From assembly GCA_963753345.1 (NCBI GenBank), contig CAVWBU010000049.1:32001-96000 (forward strand): a stretch of 64,000 bases of DNA, written 5' to 3'. The stretch comes from an uncultured Fibrobacterota bacterium. GTDB lineage: Bacteria > Fibrobacterota > Chitinivibrionia > Chitinivibrionales > FEN-1185. Shown one piece after another: positions 52,447 to 60,549 of the stretch. The notes under the pieces were generated by a model, which searched no databases, was not told the origin of the DNA, and saw only the letters and a list, made by a program, of their open reading frames with translations. Position 1 is the first letter of the stretch. Each line of letters starts with the position of its first letter. The translations under genes and the position numbers were made by a program.

Positions 52447-52998
52447 TCACTTCATCACCTGAATTTCCTTCACCGTATTGTTTGTAAACTGAAGCGGGCC
52501 GCAGCAGGCGCCGTCAACGGCCAGCGAATATCCCTCTCCCATGCCTGCCAGCTTGGCCAGTTTTCCAACATACTGCTTTCCGTCGTTGAGGATCAGCCGC
52601 GCGGTTTTCCCGAATACATCGGCAGGCAGCTTGTCGCTTGCAAGCGTGTACGATGCCGTTTTCCCGTGCTTGCCGTAGTAATCCCACACCGCCACCTGCC
52701 CTCCGGATTGTTCGAAATGCAGCGCAAGTTCGCCCGGTTTCATCTGGCGCTGGACGTTGTTTTTGAACGTTACGGTGCCGGAAGACGGCGTGCCGTCGGC
52801 ATTGACGGAAAATGCGAATTCCGCTTCAATGCCTAAATACGATTCAGGATTGCTCACGGACATGGCGGTGATCCGGCCGCCGTTGTCCGTTACCAGCTTG
52901 AGCCCTTCAAACGTTTCTTCGCCGGCAAAAGAAGCTGTCGGAAACACGATCAATGCGCACAGCGAACTTAGCCCCCATGTCAATAATAGGTTTTTCAC
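52447..52998 (-). CDS. Unknown secreted protein, paralog 3 of 3
   Basis: AGGAGG RBS with GTG start, FKNNVQRQMKPGEL...TVKEIQVMK. Confidence 0.85.
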   Translation of the reverse strand: MKNLLLTWGLSSLCALIVFPTASFAGEETFEGLKLVTDNGGRITAMSVSNPESYLGIEAEFAFSVNADGTPSSGTVTFKNNVQRQMKPGELALHFEQSGGQVAVWDYYGKHGKTASYTLASDKLPADVFGKTARLILNDGKQYVGKLAKLAGMGEGYSLAVDGACCGPLQFTNNTVKEIQVMK

Positions 52999-53160
52999 GA
53001 TGACCTCCTTCTTACTTAGGAAAATACAATGCGCGCGAATTATCCGGTACGCCTCTATCATTTTCGCCCAATGAGACCGAATTCGAGGGGTCACAAGGCG
53101 GCCGTGTTTTTTGGGATGGTGTGAAATAAGAAAAAGACTCGCAGGAAAATAGAAAGACGT

Positions 53161-53609
53161 GGTGGGGGAAGTGTCCCCCTAGGGTTCAGCCAACCGGCGC
53201 AACGTCAGGCTCAAATGCGAATGTTGCCAGTTGTCTGAACCCATACCCCCTCGTGGGTGGCCCCCAAGTGTGTTGGTTTGCAAGAAAGAAACCTCTGCCG
53301 CGGGGGCACCGAGAAAGCGGGTTGAAAGTTGAAGGTATGAGAAGAATTCCTCACAGGCTTGCAAAGATGTTAGTTGGCGCAAGAAAGAAAATGTGACAGA
53401 ATTGATTTCCCCTGCCGCGCGTTAGGGGCGACTGGAGGCTGCGCTAGAGCGCGGTGCCGCCCGGACCCGCCGCGCTGCGCGGCATAGGGCCGTTGCGGCC
53501 CGAGGCCAAAGGCCGACGACCCTTGGAAGCACCCGAAGGGGTGGACCGAAAGGAGAACCGACCCCATGTAAATTCGCACAGTCGGGCGAATTCACATGGG
53601 GTAACGCCC
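53161..53609. repeat. Composite element: unit A (53161-53311) and unit B (53419-53609, +)
   Basis: Core motifs, residual heptamers and the 27-nt insert. Confidence 0.9.
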
Positions 53610-53634
53610 AAATCTTTATTCTTGTTTAAAAAGT

Positions 53635-54540
53635 TTATATTCTGGAGTCTTGCCAGAAATCATAAAAATTAAACCACTCGTACGGCTTTGCCTTGACAGC
53701 CTGCTCAAGGATTCCAACGTACCGTTCCACGGCGGTAAAAATATACTTGTCACGGTTTTCGGGCGTATTGCCTTCGAAAAGGATGGGGGCATAGGCCTTG
53801 AAGATATATTTCCTGAGGCCGGACTTGGTTACCATAATGGGAATGACTGAGGCGCCGGTCGCTGCCGCGACCGCAAACGGGCCGAGCGGAAACCACACGT
53901 CCTCGCCCAGAAAATTGTGCTTCTGCGCCTTCTGGCCCGGCGCAACGCGGTCGCCGTGCATGCATACAAGACCGTTTCCCTTGAGCGCGTTGCGAACCGC
54001 CATCACGAGGTCGAGCCCTCCTTCACCGACGGGAATCACTTTGGTCCTGCGGCCGTCAAGGGCCTTTTGGAACAGTTCCTTCATTTCGGGCCTTTCGGCG
54101 TCCATCATCAGATAATAGACGTCGGCGTTGAGCCGCTCCGAAAGAAGATTGCCCGCGATTTCCCAGTTTCCCGCGTGCGCGCCCAGGAGTATGGCGCCGG
54201 AGCCCCTTGCCGCCGCGGCCGCGATGAGGTCTTCGCGCTGGGATTCAAATCTGAAAAACGACTGCTTCCCGGTGAGGAATGCGTATCTGTCAATCATACT
54301 GGTACCAAAGGAAAGACAGTGCCGGAAGCGGTGCCACAGGGAGGTGCGCAGGCCGAGGTGGGACCGCAGCGCCCGGACCGCGAGCGCCGATTGTTTGTCT
54401 GCCAGTGCGTAGAACATGCTCACAAAAAGGAGCAGAACATAGGCCGGCACCACGCCGAAAAGAGAAATGAGCCGGACAAATATTTTGGTGCCCAGGGTGC
54501 TTCCCCGTGATTGCCCGTTCCACTCCGTGGGAGAGTTCAT
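53635..54540 (-). CDS. LpxL-like lipid acyltransferase
   Basis: WNGQSRG N-terminus, AHAGNWE, HGDR, PYEWFNFYDFW. Confidence 0.85.
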   Translation of the reverse strand: MNSPTEWNGQSRGSTLGTKIFVRLISLFGVVPAYVLLLFVSMFYALADKQSALAVRALRSHLGLRTSLWHRFRHCLSFGTSMIDRYAFLTGKQSFFRFESQREDLIAAAAARGSGAILLGAHAGNWEIAGNLLSERLNADVYYLMMDAERPEMKELFQKALDGRRTKVIPVGEGGLDLVMAVRNALKGNGLVCMHGDRVAPGQKAQKHNFLGEDVWFPLGPFAVAAATGASVIPIMVTKSGLRKYIFKAYAPILFEGNTPENRDKYIFTAVERYVGILEQAVKAKPYEWFNFYDFWQDSRI

Positions 54541-55418
54541 GGAGCGGTCGTCCCTTGCCAGCGTTTCTGGAATTCGGCAGTTGAATTCTGTCTGCGCTGC
54601 TGGTCTGTTTCGAGCTTAAGATACGCTTCAAAGGAGGTTTGAGCCTGCTGCCGGTCGGGAATTGCGGTTGAGTACAGCATGGAAAGCTCCAGCGCCGAGA
54701 GCGTGGCCGCCAGCCTGAGGTTCGCCTGATCGGCCACAAGGTTCGCCTTTGCGCTTTGTCCGCCGGCGAACAGATCCATTTCGCGCCGGTAGTGCCGTGC
54801 CGCTGCCGCAAAATCCTTTTTTTCCGCCGCTATCCTTGCCAGCAGAAAGTTCTCGACGGGCAGCGCGGTGTCTATGGAAAGCGCCATTTCGAAGTACTTC
54901 TGCGCGAGTGCCGGATTCCTCATCTCGTAATACGACAGGAGCCCGAGGTTGTGGCATGCCATGAAATTCTTCGGGTCCACTGCCAGAATCTTCTCGTAGG
55001 CCGCCTGCGCCGATGCGAAATCTTTCTTCTCCGTAAAGACACGTGCCAGGTTGTAGAGATGTTCCGGCATCCCCGGCGACGCCTTGATCGCTTCCTGAAC
55101 GTAGCATTGAGCCGAATCAAGATACGCCGGAGAGCGCTCGGCGCGGTAGCGGTCGAAAAAGAAGCTGCCGATTGCTTCGAGGATCTTTGCGCGTTCCTTT
55201 GGATTCTTCTCGGCCGCGAGCGCCTTTCGCGCTTCGCCGAGGTCGACGGCAACCGGACCTTGCCGGTCGTAACCGCCGACGCCCTGCCGGACGTCGACAG
55301 CCGGGAGCGGCGTTCCAAAATAGGAATGGTTGCCGTTTGCCGCGACCATCGCGATGGCCCATATCCCGAACGCGAGCGGGTAAAACCCGCTGTCGCGGTT
55401 GACAATGGGTATCTTCAT
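54537..55418 (-). CDS. TPR-repeat protein
   Basis: YNLARV..AYEKILAVDP..HNLG helical repeats. Confidence 0.8.
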   Translation of the reverse strand: MKIPIVNRDSGFYPLAFGIWAIAMVAANGNHSYFGTPLPAVDVRQGVGGYDRQGPVAVDLGEARKALAAEKNPKERAKILEAIGSFFFDRYRAERSPAYLDSAQCYVQEAIKASPGMPEHLYNLARVFTEKKDFASAQAAYEKILAVDPKNFMACHNLGLLSYYEMRNPALAQKYFEMALSIDTALPVENFLLARIAAEKKDFAAAARHYRREMDLFAGGQSAKANLVADQANLRLAATLSALELSMLYSTAIPDRQQAQTSFEAYLKLETDQQRRQNSTAEFQKRWQGTTAP

Positions 55419-57016
55419 TTCCGTACCACCTCGTACACCACCGTGGGCGGATTGTTGAGCGCATAGGCGATCTTGAACCGGTCAAAATGGCTGCGAATGG
55501 CGGGAAAAAGGTATTCCCGCGACGTGCCGGTCCATGCGAAATTGTCGAGCACCACGTACGAAACGTGCGCGTCGTCTATTGTCTCCATGATTTTGTTGAC
55601 GTCGTGCGAATACGGGTACATGACGCCCGGATGTTTTGACCGGATAAAAAACAACTCGGCCTTCCTGTTCATGACCACGGCGCCGGGAGGCGTGTTGACG
55701 CGTATCCAGTCGGCGCAGCTGTAGAAATTTTTCCAGTCCGGGCCCAGCGCCGTTTCCCTTTTGGCGTAGGAAATCTGGAAGTGGACGTTCGACAGTACAA
55801 TGAGAACCGCGGCGATCCACACGATCGATCGATTGAGCCGGGAGGGATGCGCACAAGGCAGGGTGATGGCGGCAAACCTGTTGCGTATTTTCGCCCCCCC
55901 TTGATCGTGGAAGAGGGCAACCACGCCCTCGATGCCGAAAAGCAGGAAAAAATACAGAAATGGAATGACTCCCGCAACGAAGCGCTCGCTTGACCATTGC
56001 GTCTGCCACATGAGAATGATGCCGAAATACATGAATACATACAGTGACAGAAATTTCATCGGCCCGAACAAGCTGCGCAGCCATCCCGCAAAAATGAAAA
56101 GGAGGAATGCGGCGGTGATGAGGGCCTGCGCTCCCTTCGGGGTGGCGGGAGGCAGCGAGATGATCGATCTTTGAAGGATAGTGGAGCCGTAGGCCTGGAT
56201 ATTCTGCAGGATGCGCTGCACCATTTCCCCGAAGGTAACGAACCCCGCATCGGGATTATAGGAGTTTCGCAGCACGATATGGATGAAATACCCGCCGCCG
56301 CCCGTCGTGGCCATATGGAACGCCGCCACGGTGACTACGAGCACAACGGCGTGCGCGATCATGTATCGGTACCGTTTCGTCAATAAATTCGTGAGCAGCC
56401 ATGATGCGCTGAAAGCCAGGCCGATGCTTCGGCATTGGAGGGGGAGCACCGACACAACGGCGGTGACTAGGAACAGCCACCGGTCGTTCGGCCTGGCGAT
56501 GCTCAGCTCGTAGAGGTACAATGCGAGGAGTGAAAAAAGCAAAAAAGGGGCTTCGCTCATGAGGGTGGAGCTGAACTGCGCAAGCGTTGCGCACGCGGCG
56601 CACAGCGCTACGATCGGCAGTAAAAGGTTTTTTGAATACAGCCTGAAGAGATAATATGCCAGCAGCGTTATCAGGGCGCCGATGAGGGATTGAACGATTT
56701 TTGCCGCTAAAATGCTGGAAGAAAAAATCTGGATAAACGACAGCATGAGCGGGAAGACGATCGGCGTTGATTTTTCCGCAGGCAAATCCGGGTACTGTAT
56801 CTTGTGGTACCCCTTGCCGTCGTGGATGGCTTTTCCCAGCAGGTAAAAGCACGCGTCATCGCCGTTCGTCGACAGATCCGGCGTGAACTGCCAGGCAAGC
56901 AGTGCGAGCTGGGCAATAATGAGAATTCTTACCCAGGTTGATTGCGAAAGTGTCGGAAGACCTCGCGGGGGCCTTTTTTCCACTTCTTTCTTAACGGGTG
57001 TGCCTTTTCTATCCAT
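55415..57016 (-). CDS. Polytopic membrane glycosyltransferase (GT-C/ArnT-like)
   Basis: GDD..Y near the N-terminus, SEAPF, many TM segments, DWIRVNTP. Confidence 0.75.
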   Translation of the reverse strand: MDRKGTPVKKEVEKRPPRGLPTLSQSTWVRILIIAQLALLAWQFTPDLSTNGDDACFYLLGKAIHDGKGYHKIQYPDLPAEKSTPIVFPLMLSFIQIFSSSILAAKIVQSLIGALITLLAYYLFRLYSKNLLLPIVALCAACATLAQFSSTLMSEAPFLLFSLLALYLYELSIARPNDRWLFLVTAVVSVLPLQCRSIGLAFSASWLLTNLLTKRYRYMIAHAVVLVVTVAAFHMATTGGGGYFIHIVLRNSYNPDAGFVTFGEMVQRILQNIQAYGSTILQRSIISLPPATPKGAQALITAAFLLFIFAGWLRSLFGPMKFLSLYVFMYFGIILMWQTQWSSERFVAGVIPFLYFFLLFGIEGVVALFHDQGGAKIRNRFAAITLPCAHPSRLNRSIVWIAAVLIVLSNVHFQISYAKRETALGPDWKNFYSCADWIRVNTPPGAVVMNRKAELFFIRSKHPGVMYPYSHDVNKIMETIDDAHVSYVVLDNFAWTGTSREYLFPAIRSHFDRFKIAYALNNPPTVVYEVVRK

Positions 57017-57232
57017 CGATTAAAAATATAAGGTGATTTCCCGGTGCGTAAGAGGAAAATGAACCTGCATGTTTCTTCTAGGGGAACGTCGATGCCATGA
57101 CGAAATAGCCTTCTCCAATTGACTGAGAACAGGGAAAACGGTATTTTCTCAAACTCCTTCGCCTGAAGCACGATGGAGTGTGGACATCCACCGAGGTCCG
57201 CTGTTTCGAGTTTCCGTAGACTGAAGGGATTC

Positions 57233-57832
57233 ATGGACGATAGAAACAGAACACGCGGTTTCGGGGTTTTCGAAAAGTACCTTTCATCGAGACGGGCGCA
57301 CGTCGCCGACAAGCTCATTCCTTATGCCCTCCGGAAGGGTTCGCTCCTCGACATCGGATGCGGTCCTTATCCGTATTTTCTCACGCACACCGAATTCAAC
57401 ACGAAAGTCGGGATCGACCAGGAGTGCCAGGGCTCCTCCATGAATCTGAAGGGCATTACAATTCGTCAATGGGACGTCGGCAAGAATCTCAAGCTTCCCT
57501 TTGAAAACGCCTCTTTTGATGCGGTGACGATGCTCGCGGTAATCGAGCATCTCGAGTTCGATCACCTAGTTTCCATCCTTGATGAGATCCACCGGCTCAC
57601 AAAACCCGGGGGCTGTCTGATTATGACCAGCCCGTCGTTCTGGACCGCCCCGATCCTATTCGCTCTCTCACGGATCGGCGTTATCAGCAAGCTCGAAATC
57701 GACGATCACAAGCATGCATATTCCTTGTCGGAATTGTCTCTTATTATCGGTAAATCCCGTTTTTCTACGGGTTCCCGCGGCATGGGACATTTCGAATGGG
57801 GAATGAACATGTGGGTAAGAGTGACAAAGTAA
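57233..57832 (+). CDS. Class I SAM-dependent methyltransferase
   Basis: LDIGCG, LPFENASFDAV, VIEHL, KPGG. Confidence 0.9.
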   Translation: MDDRNRTRGFGVFEKYLSSRRAHVADKLIPYALRKGSLLDIGCGPYPYFLTHTEFNTKVGIDQECQGSSMNLKGITIRQWDVGKNLKLPFENASFDAVTMLAVIEHLEFDHLVSILDEIHRLTKPGGCLIMTSPSFWTAPILFALSRIGVISKLEIDDHKHAYSLSELSLIIGKSRFSTGSRGMGHFEWGMNMWVRVTK

Positions 57833-58013
57833 TTTTCCCGGCGCAGCCTTCCCGATCTGCCACAAGCCGCAAACAAAAGCCTGCCGCGTGTCCCGAAAGG
57901 AAAGCCTGAATTTAAGTTGACAAAGGTCTACAAAACATTATATTAATTGTAATGGCTTGTGTATGGCAGGAACAATCGAGCCGATATAACTTTTTCATAA
58001 AGGGGGCGCATTT

Positions 58014-59825
58014 ATGAGAAGGACTGGAAGATCAATATTTTGGCTTTCGTTGATTGTATCGGCGTGCATCGTCCAGGCTCAGGTGTCGACGGGTTTGGTT
58101 GCCCAATACCACTGCGATGAAGGAAGGGACAGCATACTCCACGACAGCGGGCCGTATGCAAACAACATCGCGCTTCATAATGTATTATGGGCGGCGGGTA
58201 AGAGCGGTTCCTGCCTCGTTTTCAACGGGATTAACAGCTATGGAATGGTGACGGCCCAGTCGGGCACGTCGCTTGATTTCGGCGCCGGCGATTTTACGGT
58301 TGCGCTGTGGATCAACACCACGTCACCGTCAAACGCCAGTCACAAGGAGAACATCCTCTCAAAAGGAGACCCTTTCAATACGGGCGTGACGCTCTCCATT
58401 GAGCATGGGATTACCTATGCATGCGTGGGGAGCACCGGATTGGCGGGTTTCAGCTGGTCGATCAAACCGGTAAACGACGGGAGTTGGCATTATTACGTAT
58501 GCGTGAGGAAATCGGGGATTGTTTCGGTATACAACGACACGGTGCTTGTAAGCAGCTACTCATTTTCAGGAAGCGTTACCGTGTCGACGGCAATGTTCCT
58601 TGGAAGGCATGGAGCCGCGGCCGAAGAATATTATAACGGCATGCTCGACGAGATCTCACTGTATTCCCGGGCGCTGTCGTCTTCCGAAATCAGCGCGGGC
58701 TTCCGGTCTGTTGCCATTTCAACAAGCGTGCCCGTGCTTATTCCCATCCCCTCTCCAACCGAAAACCGCCAGCCCACGTTTGCCTGGCATCATGTTTCTT
58801 CGGAGAATTCGTACACCGTCAACATCGACACGAACAGGCAATTCCAATCGGTCCTTATCCACGTTCCGGTGAGCGACACCGTGTTTGTGCCTCTGACGCC
58901 GCTTCCGCTTGGCACGATATACTGGTACGTCGCGTGCAACGATACGCCGGCGGGGAGATATTCAAGCGTCGATTCGGTTGTCCTTGTTGCCCACGATCCT
59001 TATCCTACGGTGTTAATCCCGGTTGCGCCCGACCCGACCGTTGAAAGGAGACCGCGGCTGGCCTGGCACAAGGTTTCGGCCGCCACGCAATATACGTTGA
59101 ACATCGCCGATAATATCGTTTTTTCATCGCCGATTGTCTCGATCCAGCTCAGCGACACTTCGTTTTCACCGCTGAGCGATTTGCCTCTTGGCACCATATA
59201 TTGGGAGGTCAAATCGGACACAAGCCTCAGATTCGCAACAAGCTCATTCACCATTCAGCCGGATTCGATTCCCCTATTGTACAGGTTCAATGGCGCCACG
59301 GTGTTCCAGACCCGGCCCGCGTTCAAATGGCACCCTGTGAGCAGCGCCGCCTCGTACACGCTCCAGGTCGACACGGTTGTGGGCTTTGCCAATCCGGTGT
59401 ATATCATGCCGACGCAAGACACCATGTTCGTACCGCTCATCGACCTCGCGGCGGGGGGCACCTACTTCTGGAGAGTTTCCTGCAGCAGGAACGCATCGCT
59501 CTTCTCGCCCGAGGACACGGTGAGGATTTCCCCAACACCCGTTGTAATTGCTGATAAGAAAATCGGAGATGCGGGCGCCGCCGCCGCCATTCGCCTGGTT
59601 GAGCGCGGCAGCAATCAATATCTGTCGGTGAGAATTCCCGCAGCAAAAGGGTGCATTCTTGTAACGCTGCTGTCCGTTTCGGGGAGAACGCTTTTTCATT
59701 CGGCAATGCAAAACGTGCAAACGCTGGACATCCCGCTAGAATCGAAAATCACGAGCGGCGTTTATATCGTTCGGGTTACAGCGGGCGTCAAGACGTATTC
59801 ATCGAGGGTGTTTTTGGACAAATAA
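58014..59825 (+). CDS. Secreted LamG-domain protein with three Ig/Fn3-like repeats and a C-terminal sorting-type domain
   Basis: FTVALW, NDGSWH, YNGMLDEISLYSRALS; 3x RP.f.WH.VS.a..YT...g..yW.V. Confidence 0.85.
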   Translation: MRRTGRSIFWLSLIVSACIVQAQVSTGLVAQYHCDEGRDSILHDSGPYANNIALHNVLWAAGKSGSCLVFNGINSYGMVTAQSGTSLDFGAGDFTVALWINTTSPSNASHKENILSKGDPFNTGVTLSIEHGITYACVGSTGLAGFSWSIKPVNDGSWHYYVCVRKSGIVSVYNDTVLVSSYSFSGSVTVSTAMFLGRHGAAAEEYYNGMLDEISLYSRALSSSEISAGFRSVAISTSVPVLIPIPSPTENRQPTFAWHHVSSENSYTVNIDTNRQFQSVLIHVPVSDTVFVPLTPLPLGTIYWYVACNDTPAGRYSSVDSVVLVAHDPYPTVLIPVAPDPTVERRPRLAWHKVSAATQYTLNIADNIVFSSPIVSIQLSDTSFSPLSDLPLGTIYWEVKSDTSLRFATSSFTIQPDSIPLLYRFNGATVFQTRPAFKWHPVSSAASYTLQVDTVVGFANPVYIMPTQDTMFVPLIDLAAGGTYFWRVSCSRNASLFSPEDTVRISPTPVVIADKKIGDAGAAAAIRLVERGSNQYLSVRIPAAKGCILVTLLSVSGRTLFHSAMQNVQTLDIPLESKITSGVYIVRVTAGVKTYSSRVFLDK

Positions 59826-60035
59826 GAAATCGGACGCACGAGGGTTTGGAACGGGCATAAGAAGCGTTTTACAAATCCGCGGCGGCAATTCGCCCGAAGG
59901 CATCTCGATGGGCCGGGTTCCGCCTCCGTCGGCGTTTATCGCAGGGGCAACCGTTCTTCTGCGGCAACGGCAGAGCGGCGTTGCGAACAAAGGCGGCGGC
60001 AGGTCTGAAGCGTATTCGCGCCAGTCTAGCCGCCG

Positions 60036-60431
60036 TCACTTCAAATACCCCTCAAGTATCTTCCTGTCCGGCGGCAGCCATTCAAGCCCCTTCGCGCTTT
60101 CCCCGTCCACCCACCTGATCTCCTGGTGCTCCTTCGCAAAAAACTCGTCCCGTCCCGCCCTGCACACAAACGGAATGAGCGTCACCAATTTGTCCGGATA
60201 TTCGAACGTCACCTCTTCAAGTCGTGCCTTCACGGTTATTTCCGCACCCAATTCCTCCATAATTTCCCTGACTATCGCGGCCTCCGGCGTTTCTCCCTTG
60301 CGCACCTTACCTCCCGGGAATTCCCAAAACCCCGCATGGGACTGGCCGCTCCCGCGCTGCGCGGCAAGGATTCTGCCGTCCTTTTCGATGATCGCGCAGG
60401 CCACCAGGACAGGAGTATTGGTTCTCGTCAT
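60036..60431 (-). CDS. Nudix hydrolase (MutT/NudG-like)
   Basis: WEFPGGKVRKGETPEAAIVREIMEELG Nudix box. Confidence 0.92.
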   Translation of the reverse strand: MTRTNTPVLVACAIIEKDGRILAAQRGSGQSHAGFWEFPGGKVRKGETPEAAIVREIMEELGAEITVKARLEEVTFEYPDKLVTLIPFVCRAGRDEFFAKEHQEIRWVDGESAKGLEWLPPDRKILEGYLK

Positions 60432-60549
60432 TTTCAAAAAATATGTCGTGTGCCCCAGCAGACAAAATTCAAATCCCGAACCGGAAAACGTAACGTATAT
60501 TTTATCTCTCTCGTTAACCATCGTCTCATCCTCCGTAACGGCAAGGCCT

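Noticed and set aside
738-53609. Repeats as a CRISPR array or riboswitches
   Set aside because: The copies are dispersed, have no repeat-spacer periodicity and no cas genes, and show no consistent position or orientation relative to start codons.
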